Assembly (NCBI GenBank): GCA_951406725.2
Contig: OX597820.1
Location: 95,666,001 to 95,730,000 of the forward strand
Length of the DNA: 64,000 nt
Direction: 5' to 3'
From: Octopus vulgaris
Lineage: Eukaryota
In this document: piece by piece, positions 41,052 to 52,650 of the stretch
How positions within the stretch are numbered: position 1 is the first letter of the stretch
Layout: each line of letters starts with the position of its first letter
The notes under the pieces: generated by a model
What the model was told of the DNA's origin: nothing
The model's database searches: none
The model's input: the letters and a program-made list of their open reading frames with translations, nothing else
Made by a program: the position numbers and the translations under genes

Positions 41052-43435
41052 CTGCAAGATAATATGAAAACTGCATCAGGATTAATACCAAATAAACGTA
41101 ATATCAACGTTAAGTTTTTCTTTTATTTAGAAATAAACATTATTGTTACAGCGCCTCATGTTATGGCAACAATACCAAGGATAATAACTCGAAATAATTG
41201 CTTTTTTGCCCTTTTGATTTTACGTTTTCGCTCGTAGTATTTGCAAGATATTTTCTGAAGAGTATTAGCTAAAATGGTTGGATATAGTTACAAGAAGAGA
41301 TATCCGGAGGTTGCTAGCTTAATAAGAGCGATCAAAGAATAATAGACAAGTATTGGCAATATGAAGTAAGGTATGGTCAACGTTCTAGTGTTGGTATACT
41401 CGATTATTCCACCTGTTCAATTTCTGCTTTTTATTTTTGGCTCAAGTTAAAAGCAAGTAATATTCCTTTCTATTATAGGCACAAAGCCTGAAATTTTCGA
41501 GAAGTGGTCTAGTTGATTACATTGATTCTAGTGCTTGACTGGTACTATGTTATCAGCCCCAAAGTGATGAAACGCAAAATTGATCTTGGTGAAATTTGAA
41601 ATCATAACATCATGACGGACGAAATGCTTAGCAGTATTTCTCATTGTTCTGAGCTAAAATTCCACCAAGGTTGAGTTTGCCTTTCTTCCGTTCGAGGTTG
41701 ATTAAAAAAATAGCAGTAAAGTACTGGGACCATTGAGATCGATTAACTCACTCACTAAAACTGTTGACTTTGAGCCAAAACTAGAAATAATTACTATAAA
41801 TAATCGTGATCTGAAAGAGATGAAAATCCAATTTTTACTCCCGTCGTGTCAGCGCCAGTGGACCGTATGAACGTGTAAAGATAACTAACTTAAGTGCTAA
41901 TAATTCTAATCCTGACTTTACCCTGTGCTAGATCAATACCCAAGAGACACTTTGCTTATTCTTTTACTCGCCAAATGTAACCACGTATCATATCTGTTCA
42001 CAATTTGCTAAATAGTATTCAGTTAGCGTGCAACATTGAATTTGATAGTATTTTCGTAGCTCCCGAGGAAACTGCAAAATGCCATGGTAGTACTTAATGT
42101 AACTGTAAACTGAAAGCACTTCGTATTATAATGGATTGAGTCAGAGACTACAAGCCTGTCTCTTGGTTAAAAATTTTCCATAGAATAAATCGATTTTGCA
42201 TCAATATGTTCTTCCTGTAATACAATTTTTTCGCTCGTTTCGTTCCCAAGCTGTCAGATTTTAAGAATATTTTGTTTTCATCTATAAATTATTTTCTTAC
42301 AAAATGCTAGTTGTATTTGAAAATTCCTAATTCATTCCTCGTGGGATTACAATACGCCAATCTTTATCTAATTTATGAATGACAGCCAAGTATCTCGTTA
42401 TTTTGTAAGGTATATTTGAAGTAATATATTTTCAATAGAAAAATAATGAATTAAAGAATTTCATTGTTGAATAATTAATGGAATATTAAATGTTGTTTTT
42501 TAGATTTCCAGATCTCATGGAAAGAGAATAGTTCTTTCTGAGAAAGAAACAATTTAATTTGTTCAATTATTAACGCAAGTGATAATATTCATTTCTTCAT
42601 ACATGTATGAATCAAAATTTTATGAAGAAGCAGTATCAAAAGACTGGGTGGCAGTAAATACTAATGACGTATGTGTATGAAAAGTTAGATGGACGAATAG
42701 TTGAAAAGCAATGCGTATGTTACTCTGCCCTTTTGTCTGTCTGTCTGTCTCCCTTCCTGTATTTGTTGATATACACTGCATAGATAGCTATATATATGAT
42801 TGTTCTCGTGATCATTGTCTTAAGTGAAATGTCCACTCGTCGATGGGTGTCCTCACTTAAGAAGTTTCAAGTGTAATGGATTGTTTCACACAAGCCCCCA
42901 CACGTATCCTATAATCCGACACAGTACAAATCCAACCACAAAACAGACAAAAACTTCAGTTCCATCCGAAATTAGTTAATGGAGTGCTTCCTCGTGGCTT
43001 CCAAGTGTCAAGGGTGTCATTGTAAGCTAATATGTAACAAGGAAATTCTACTGTTAAGGTATTCTGATATCTGCTTGAAGGAAAAGTTTTTGACCATTCA
43101 AGATTACGACCATGATATTTGTCAAGGCCACAATACAGGCAATTCTTATGAAATACGGATCTGTTGGTTGCTTATTCGTGAAGTTTCATTATAATCACGT
43201 GTATAATCACGTGTATTATTCAGTATAGCCATACGCATAATTTAATTGAAACAGAGATCGTCGTTAATTTTTTTGTGCTCATATAGGTGCAGGCGTGGCT
43301 TCACAATCACATGCTTTCTGGTTCAGTCCTACTGCGAGGCAACTGAGCAAATAACTTCTACTATAGCTTCAAGTAGGCTAAAGCCTTGTGAGAGGATTTG
43401 GTAGACGGAAACTGAAAGAATCCTGTGTATATATA

Positions 43436-44871
43436 CAGGAGTTGGACAAAATAATGGAAACACCGAGCATCATAGCATCATAAGTTTGAAATATCTATAA
43501 AACCGTTGAAAGCTTGCTTATTGTTATGTTTTTTTTTATTTATTGTTAGTGTTGCTTAATATTAAATCTTTGAACGAGGTATAAACAGTAGCTGCACGAC
43601 AATGTGAAGTATATTTGCCACTTAAATGTGGCTAACCACTAAGACTGGATGCTACTGTAGGATTTGACAGGGCACAGAAAGTGTGTCAATAGCCAGCTGG
43701 AGAAAATGTTCTCCTGGAGCTACAAGCTACAGTAACGTCCACCCTTAGTGGTTAGCCACATTTAAGTGGCAAATATACTTCACGTTGCTTAATATGTTTT
43801 GCTAAAATTGCTGTTTCTTTTCAAATATCAAAAAAAGGTAATTAAAATTCATTAAAATGACAGATCTATCGAACTTTCAAGGAGGTCAAATTGTTGGTGC
43901 TCGCATGGCAGGCGCTAGCGTAACGAAAACAGCCGAAATGTTTGGTGTGTCAAGAAATACTGTATCAAATGTAATAACAGCCTTCGAGAAAGAGGGAAAA
44001 ACCTCCTAGTCGAAACAAAACTGTGGAAGAAAACCAAAACTTTCAGATAGGGACCGTTGGATTCTTACGCGAATTGCTAGAAAGGATCATGAAAGTACAG
44101 CTCCCAAAATTACTGCAGAGCTTAATGACCACTTCGAGAACCAGTTTTCCACAAAATCTATTCACCGGGAGCGGCACAAAGTCGCATTTCACAGGAGGGC
44201 TGCAATCAGAAAACAACTACTTTCAAAAACAAACGTTGCAAAGCGTTTAGAGTGGGAGTAAAAACCTACAGAATTGGTCCCTAGAGCAGTGGAAGAGAAT
44301 GTTATTTTCTCGGATGAGTCATCTTTTACCTTATTTCCGACCACATGTGGAGACAGTCAAAAGAAGCATTTGGCCTAGACTACCATTTTCCAACTGTTGA
44401 ACATGGAAGAGGATCTATGATGATTTTTTTTTTGGGGGGCTATATCTTGAAAATCCGCCTGCCCAATGGCATTCTATCTGATCAAATTCATTCTAGGAGG
44501 GAAACGCTAGTTTTAAGGATGATAATGCGCCAATTCACTCAGCTGAAGTTGTTACTGAATGGCACGAGGAACATTGTAGTCAAGATGAACATCTTATCTG
44601 GCCATCATAGTCCCCGGATCTCAATATTATTGAACATTTATAGTGCATTAAAAAAAAAGTAAGGAGGTGATATCCTACACCATCATCACTATAAGACTTG
44701 GAGACTATTTTAGCTGAAGAATGGACAAAAATTGCTTTGGAAACAAAACTTCGTACGAGTCCATACCTCGTAGAATTCAAGCTGTAATTACTGCAAAAGC
44801 CGGTGCTACCCCATGCTAAAATAAATTTGTTTGAAAATTTAAGGTGTTTCCATTAGTTTGTTCAACCCCTG
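43436..44871 (+). mobile_element. Tc1-like DNA transposon, full-length, with pseudogenised transposase (43857-44819)
   Basis: 29-bp TIRs (caggagttggacaaaataatggaaacacc / ggtgtttccattagtttgttcaacccctg, 3 mismatches) with TA on both sides. Peptide fragments MTDLSNFQGGQIVGARMAGASVTKTA, VIFSDES and SPDLNIIEH, with stops and frameshifts. Confidence 0.92.
43563..43786 (-). mobile_element. Short non-LTR-type insertion with an internal fold-back, nested in the Tc1 element
   Basis: Direct repeat gttgcttaatat at 43551-43562 and 43784-43795. 60-bp inverted arms at 43601-43660 and 43727-43786. Homologous to 63609-63770. Confidence 0.75.
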
Positions 44872-44920
<49 letters not shown>

Positions 44921-46085
44921 GTGTGCGTGTCTTTGTGTCTGTGATCTTCCTCAGTACCGCTTGACAACCGGTGTTTGTGTGTTTACGTCCCCGTTACTTA
45001 GTGGTTCGGTAAAATAGCTCGATAGAATAAGTACCAGGCTTAGAAAATATACTGGGGCCGATTCATTCGACTAAGAATTCTTCGAGCTGGTGCTCCAGCA
45101 TGGCTGCAGTCTATTAACTGAAGCAAGTAAAACATAAAAGATGAAAGATATGCAAAAGCCCGATAACACAATCCTGAATACTGTTATGTCTGACCAGAAA
45201 GGTCGAGTCGTCACAGCTAGAGCACATTTGCACATAGATATGCTCGCTCAAAGCTGGCCCCCCAAATAAAACAATTATATCGCGTGTTCACTTGTTTATA
45301 ATTTCAAACAGAATATTTTAGAGTTCTATATTTAAGAGATGAGCAATTATGCACATTATTTACATTATTTACATTATTTGCATTCGACGGATATTACATT
45401 CGACAGATTACATTTATAAGCCCTAAAATTCACTCCATAATTGCCCCCGGGCATATGGCGTAGTGGTTAAGGGCGCGGGTAACTAATCCCACGATTTTGA
45501 GTAACTTCGAAGAATACCTTAAGAATGAGAATCTAGGTTCGAAATTTCCCCAAGATACCTGAAGAAGGCTGGAGGGTATATCAGCCGAAACGTTGTAAAC
45601 AACAAACAAGATGAAGACAAATATCTGTCGAATGTAAATAATGTAAATAATGAGAATATTCTAGTGTTGAAACTAATCGACACATCTACTTATCTGATCA
45701 ACAAATAAACTGAAGAGGCAACTGTGTGGAGTTTGGGTTTGAGCTTTTGGTTACCTCAGTAGCTACGAACAGAATAAGTAGAAAATGTTGGCTTTGTTAG
45801 TATAACAGTTATAAGTAAATACATGTAGTAAAATGTGGATACTGCTATTCCTGCATAACAGCAATGTTATTAGTTTTAGGATAATTTTGTTTATCAAAAG
45901 AACACTAGGTCTAGAGCTCATTGTAGATGATTTACATAAGCAGCTTTATATGTGATATTTGTGGTGGCTTATGCTTGTTTTGCAAATGTTATGTTTGTTC
46001 TCTGTAGGCGTGAGAAATATATTGGTTTTCTGTTAGGCTGGAAGCCTTGATCACTAGTTTATTCATTACAAATATATATACTTAC

Positions 46086-46154
46086 AATTTTTCCAAATTC
46101 GGTAACAATTCAATAGCATTCGGTATTTCAGACAGCCTATTTTCATTCAGTTGT
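46086..46154 (-). CDS. LGR5-like: LRR exon (69 bp) of type-B LGR
   Basis: cag| ... |gtaag, phase 2-2. Encodes QLNENRLSEIPNAIELLPNLEK(L), similar to the 23-aa LGR5 repeat recalled as DLNYNNLDEFPTAIRTLSNLKEL. Confidence 0.9.
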
Positions 46155-46472
46155 CTGTCGAATAATAAGACAAGTGACAAGTTGAATAAAAAATATTTTA
46201 TTTGAAAGAGAAGATGTTTCCTAGCTTACAGAAAAAAATAATAATAAATACAACAAAAACTGAGTATACAGTTAAAAAATAAAATGAAATAAAAATAAAC
46301 TTTTTCTTTTCCCGACAACGCAAAAAAGTAAATTGATAGCTTACTTTTAAATTGTGACTATAAGAACAATAGTCAGTGGTAATATTTGTTCGAATTGTAA
46401 TGACATTTGCACATGCACTATTTTATTACAACACGTGCAGTCATTCACTATTAAGGATTCTGTTTCTCAATA

Positions 46473-46517
<45 letters not shown>

Positions 46518-46724
46518 CACATATATATATATACATATATACATATATATATATATACATATATACATATATATATACATATATAATATATATATATATA
46601 TACATATATATATACATATATATATACATATATATACATATATAATATATATATATATATACATGTATAAAATATATATATATATACATGTATAAAATAT
46701 ATATATATGTATATATTTCATATT

Positions 46725-46790
<66 letters not shown>

Positions 46791-46802
46791 TATATATATA
46801 TA
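46473..46802. repeat. (CA)n/(TA)n/(TG)n complex microsatellite
   Basis: Seen directly. Confidence 0.95.
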
Positions 46803-48560
46803 AATATCCTTTTTTTGAAGTGGAAACATCGAAAACAAAACAGGAGGGTGTAACATCGAATATTATAAAATACATGAATACATGACTGAATATTTGATTT
46901 CGGCGTAATGAAATTTGATATATAAAATATTTTTACATGAGAAAGAACTATAGCTACAGAATAGTTTTCAATGGAACAACATCGATTTGTGTTTTGTCAA
47001 AGATGAGCTTTCAGTTCCTCAATGTATAAGCTATCGGAATGTTCAGAAAACTTCATTGGTTTGTAAAACTTGTATTCATATATTGCCCGTAACGTTCTTT
47101 TACTTCTTTGTCTCTAAAATAAATGCGCATTTTAATTTCAAATAAAATATTATAGCATCGAGAAAAGAAAAATATCTTTTCGGCTGAAATGTCTCTTTGA
47201 TATTATAATGAAAAAAACATTTTATTACCTTACATCGATTTATCGATCATATTTCTCTAAATAACGAATAACAATAGTGCTGCTGTTATTTGGTTTATAA
47301 TACATTATACAGCTGCTGTGAGTATATGGACAAATACGAAGTATAGTTGCGTAAACATCATCTTAATTTTATTAGAAGGCAGAATAGCTGGAGAAATCAT
47401 CGTCTTACTACATAGCTGTTTCGTTAAGATGCATAGATGGACGGTCAAGAAGTTCACTTCATAACAATGCTGTTCCAGATTGGTTCTAGTGGCTCATAAA
47501 CTGGACAAATGTCATTGTAATAATCTCGGATTGACCATAGTTTGAGAGGGAAATTTTGTATACGGATGTTGTACAGAAACTAATCATTTATATGCCCGCG
47601 TGTTTGTATGTACGTCCATGTTATCATATGCTTATGTTACACCGATCTAAAACTAGTGTTACTTATCTTGTTTGTGCATGTTTCTGCCTCTATAACGTAG
47701 CAGTTCGAAAAGTAAGATTTGATAAAATAACCACTCTGATCAACAGGATCAGCTCAACCCTTTCGAGCTGTGTTCCAGCATGACCACTGTCCAATGACTG
47801 GAACCAGAAAAGAGAAAAGAAACAAATGTCGCTCAGTAAATTTCAGTAATAATCTCCTCGTCACTAAAGATCAAAACATGTTGAGTGCAATTTCTAAGAA
47901 TTTCAGAAGACGTTAAAAAATGTTTTTTTGGCGATGTGATAAAGCAACAATTTTTTTTATTAAGAGATAAAAAGAAATACATTTTTCAATGAAATTTAGT
48001 TTCGTATGAAGAGTAACTTTGTCCTTCATTATTCAGTGGGCAGTAAAATAAGTGTTAGCTGCGTAGTGATTGTTACTGCCACCTAAATCATGTACGCAAC
48101 TTTAACATTACTACCGCATCCAGCAGTGTTAACATATGTAATGCTAATTCTAAATACTACAAGTATTTGATGAAGACTTTTTATAACTGCAAACAAGAGT
48201 ATATATAATTAGAGATGACCAACTATAAACAAAAGCAAGAGGGAAAAGAGTGACTTGATCAAATACATATCCTTCTTTTCATTCATTATGTTCATTGTAT
48301 TTTCAGTCACGTGTGAATAATGCAATGCATAACGGATACTGAAGATAACACCATAGAAGCATCTTTTCTATTGTTAAATTCAACAGTGGGGACGAAGTAC
48401 TTCTCAACCACTCTGTCTCAGATTGTGAGCTAAACACGTTACATCATCTTTTCTGGAATTACTGTCTGAATTTCCCGAAAAATTAACCTACATAATTTCA
48501 AGCCGAACATCTGTAGAGCCAACCGATTCTTGATCGCAGAAACCGATGGAGGATGGTAAT

Positions 48561-48593
<33 letters not shown>

Positions 48594-48771
48594 GTAGTTG
48601 AATGAATTATCCTAGTATGGATAATTCGGTTAACCGATATCTGGGTAGCAAATTCCCGTCAGAAAAACACGGTTGAAGCTACATGCCAAGGGCAGAGATC
48701 ACGTGCTTTCGTGTGGAAATTTGTGTGTTTTTTAATACAAATAAATGAAAGAATGGAGTTGAACGACGACT

Positions 48772-48832
<61 letters not shown>

Positions 48833-48885
48833 GTATGTATGTATGTGTATATATATGTATATATATATATGTATGTATGTATGTG

Positions 48886-48918
<33 letters not shown>

Positions 48919-49029
48919 ATTATATATGTATATATATATAAATTATAATAAAGAGTAAAAATCATTCATGATTTTACCAGATGGTCAGCGCGGAAATAAA
49001 AGCCTCATAGGTAAATTTTACAAAATATT

Positions 49030-49571
49030 TTATAATTATATACATAATTATAACAAGGGATTGGCTATACACCTTACCACGCACTATAAAAATAGGCGCC
49101 AGAAGACACTATTACCACATTAAAATCTCCGAGAATAACACACTAAGTTGTAGGCAAGCAAAAGAAAGATAATGATTTGAACTTATGGTTAACCGTGTAC
49201 AAGATCCTGTTTCAACCTTGGATATAAAAGAAAAATGTGAATTCTACTTTGCAGTATATTTCTACGCGTGTGGATGGATATTGGCTATGCGACGTCACGG
49301 CTCACATTCATATTTTGAGATAATCGTAAATTTATGCTATGGAATACCGCTGCTGATGATAGCAGTAATATTTTTTTTACTTTAAGCTAGAAACAGGATC
49401 TTGTACACGGTTAACCATTAGCGATTCCTTATCTTTCTTTTGCTTGCCTACAACTTAGTGTGTTATTCTCGGAAATTTTAATGTGGTAGTAGTGTCTTCT
49501 GGCGTCTACTTTTACAATGCGTAGTGAGGCGTATAGCCAAATCCTCTGTTTAATTATGTATATAATTATAA
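49030..49571. repeat. Long imperfect inverted repeat (arms ~49030-49213 / 49390-49571) in (TA)n
   Basis: For example atggttaaccgtgtacaagatcctgtttc (49185-49213) is the exact reverse complement of 49390-49418. Confidence 0.9.
49346..49411 (+). ncRNA. Type-I hammerhead ribozyme motif
   Basis: ACCG(C)TG-CTGATGA-TAGC-loop-GCTA-GAAA-CAGGATCTTG-TA-CACGGT. All core nucleotides are present, stems I-III can form, and the triplet is GUA. Confidence 0.75.
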
Positions 49572-49581
49572 TATATATATA

Positions 49582-49695
<114 letters not shown>

Positions 49696-50138
49696 TATAT
49701 ATATATATATATTGCACAAACAGCATGTTTTAAAGAATCTACGATAACTGAAATAAATATATAGAATTAAAAATAAGTTAATTAAGAGTTTATACGTCAT
49801 ACAATTTGACAAGCTCCATATATATTGGATCACTCAAAAGAGTATGTATCCCCTAATTCTTCTGTCCAGGAAGAAATATTACTGCAATCACCGTTTAAGT
49901 CAAACGTAAACCAGAACCATGTTGAAATCCTTAAACTACTTTTTTCAATCGTACACTTATCAACATCAGTATTAAATAACACGCATAATACATACACATA
50001 CAAATAAATACACATTATACTTATGAACACGCATATTCTTAAGAAAACAGTAGTTTAAAAACAAGTATATTAGGGATTTAAAACAAATATAAAAAAAATA
50101 ATTGCATGTAAGATATATCAAAGATTCATAATACTTAC

Positions 50139-50210
50139 AAATAATCTAAGTCCTTCAAATTTGCGAATGACATATATTCTATCGAACTTATTTGATTGGC
50201 ATGAAGAAAT
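50139..50210 (-). CDS. LGR5-like: LRR exon (72 bp) of type-B LRR-containing GPCR (LGR4/5/6 / rickets-like)
   Basis: On the minus strand it is bounded by ttccag| and |gtaag, phase 2-2. It encodes (x)FLHANQISSIEYMSFANLKDLDY(L), a canonical 24-aa LRR, and splices in frame to 46154. Confidence 0.9.
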
Positions 50211-50739
50211 CTGGAAAATATAGAAAATAAATAACAAGATAAATGCCAAATTTTAATCTTTAGCTGATATTATACAGATTTTGTACGATTTTATTAATAT
50301 TCTTTTGATAAATATTCTCTGTTTGAATAGATATTTGAAGCCTACTGCTTTAATACTTTTTATATCGGAGATTTCGTGATTTGAAATCTGATATCTGATC
50401 TGCAACAGATTAGAATCAAATATTTTTCATTAGATCATGTGAAATTTAAGTGACATCTTTTTCACAAACACAACTCAGCATTATTAAAACAAGTAACTAT
50501 TTCTTTTCGAAAACTGAAATCGTAACTATGTTATGAGATGTGTGCAAATTAATAAAGAAGGTTTAGAGAAATTTAGCCTGTTATATTTGGTAGAATGTTC
50601 CACAGGGGTCGACTTTGCCTTTCATCCTGTCGAGGTCGATAAAATAAGTACCTGTTCAATACTAGAGTCTATGTAATTGACTTATCCCCTTCCCCGAAAT
50701 TGCTGACCTTGCGCCAAAATTTGAAATGAATATTTGATA

Positions 50740-52650
50740 GAATGTTAGGTAACATCAACTTCACCTATGTCAGATCGCCTGAATGCGTCATGCTCTTAGG
50801 AATGACACGCCACCAACAAGTACAGCTGGAGTTTGTATTCAACTTCAGCAATATTTTATTCATGGAGCAAATTGGACTTCAACCAACTAGGGAAAATAGC
50901 ATACTGGATTTCTACATCACAAACAATATGGATATCATGCATAATGTGAATGTGACACCAACACGAATCTCTGATTACAATATAATAGAGATGGCTATGT
51001 ACGGATTACAAGAAGCTGAAGACATACAGCTTATAAGAAGCATCCGAAACCATTCCGGTTTGAGCTTTCATTAAGAAAACTGGAAAACTAATCAGAAAGA
51101 CATCCTCAAACAGGATTGACCTAAATGCCTCTCCACACGAGACATCGACATGAAGCTTAAATGTTTCATGCCGGAAATACAAGCTCTATGCTACAAATCT
51201 GTCTCAGAGCAATGGACATCACACACAAGAAAGAGATTCCCAAGGATAGGAAAGTTTTTTATGAGGCGACGGACAAAGATTGCAAACAGCACAAAAGTTG
51301 TAAAAAGTTCCGTCTGAACACAACAATGATGGAGAGGGAGAAAAGTCTGAAACAATCCGATGTGAAAGAGCGAGCAGATAAAGAGGCCCGGGTTATAATA
51401 AATATAAAGTTAGACCATAAAACGTTCTTTAACTTCGCCAAGTAAACGGCCACATTACCCAATAAGGGCTCTTCATATAAAAGGACGGCTCCCTTACAGG
51501 AAACCCAAGGAGGACAAGTGGAATATTGAAGGAACAGTTCAAAAGTGATTTAAGTTAGGACACAGACAATTGAAAAAAGTAGCGAAGTTCTTTTGCTCTA
51601 CACCTGTAACCAGGAAGGTAGTAATAATTTATTACGTAGATATCAAATATGTGATACTGACCATGGGTGAGATAGATGCAAACTCAGCTGCTGGCACTGA
51701 TGGATTCTTAGCAATCCTTCTCAAATCATTCAAAGAGTCCTTGTAAAGCTACTGTAGCTTCTTTTTCAGAGTACATTGCAACAGGTAAGCACCCAGCAAA
51801 TTGTATGAGGGAATAATATGCCCTATCTATAAAAGGGAAAACAGAGCAGATGCTAAAAATCTAGGCCTAACTCTCTGACTTCACACATCATCAAAGTCAG
51901 GGAACGAATAGTCCGAAGGAAACTAATTCGTTGCGATATATCTCGACTTCGGAAGAGTTTGTTAAAGTCAACATTGTATAATATGCAACAAGCTACGTGT
52001 TCTGGACATAGTCCGAAAAGTTAGACTAATCAGTGCGTGACGTAGGCATTGACATGAATAATGATGCATCTTTCCATACGCATATTACTTAGTTGGTAAT
52101 AAATGAGAGAACAGGAAACCACAGTGGTCCTCTAGAGAACAATTGTCTTCATCTGCTTAGATCACTGCTCTTAATTGTGGTTACCACACAGTGCAAAATT
52201 AATGGAGGAACTTGAAGTAATCCAAGCGAAGGTATACAAATAAGATACAAAGTCTCAGTGCGACAGGTCAGTAACCGGGAAAAGCTGAAGAAGTTAAGAC
52301 TCTACTACCTAGAGTGAAGACCGGAAAGATATGCAGTGATACGTATATGGAAAATCTTAGAAGTATTTGATTCAAGTTTTGGCATTGAAAGTTATCAGAA
52401 CAGGCACTACTGCTTAGTACCAAAGATCCCAAGATTGCCATCAAGATACTGCATCAACTTGTGTTTCATGAATCAAGAGCTCTTCAATATCTTACCAAAA
52501 AACCGGAGAAGTCATCATGGGGTGGGTGTAGTTGTCTTCAAATCAAACCTAGATCGCCTCCTGTCAAGAGTTCTGGATTAATCTAACTTGTGGCAGGAAA
52601 CGTAAATGAAGGTAGCAACATCAAACTCCCTCATTCACCAAATGTCACAC
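50740..52650 (+). mobile_element. Decayed CR1-group LINE ORF2 (APE end + RT fragments)
   Basis: QPTRENSILDFYITN...ISDYNII (APE C-terminus), NIKLDHKTFFNFAK, NSAAGTDG, ICPIYK, TSHIIKV, IYLDF and KLRLYYLE.R.ERY.VI.IWKILE. Confidence 0.75.

Larger units (their letters stand above)
43285..45147 (+). mobile_element. SINE family A split by the Tc1 element (43285-43433 + 44874-45147)
   Basis: The 5' half ends at its TA microsatellite, and the 3' half resumes right after the Tc1 right TIR. Confidence 0.8.
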
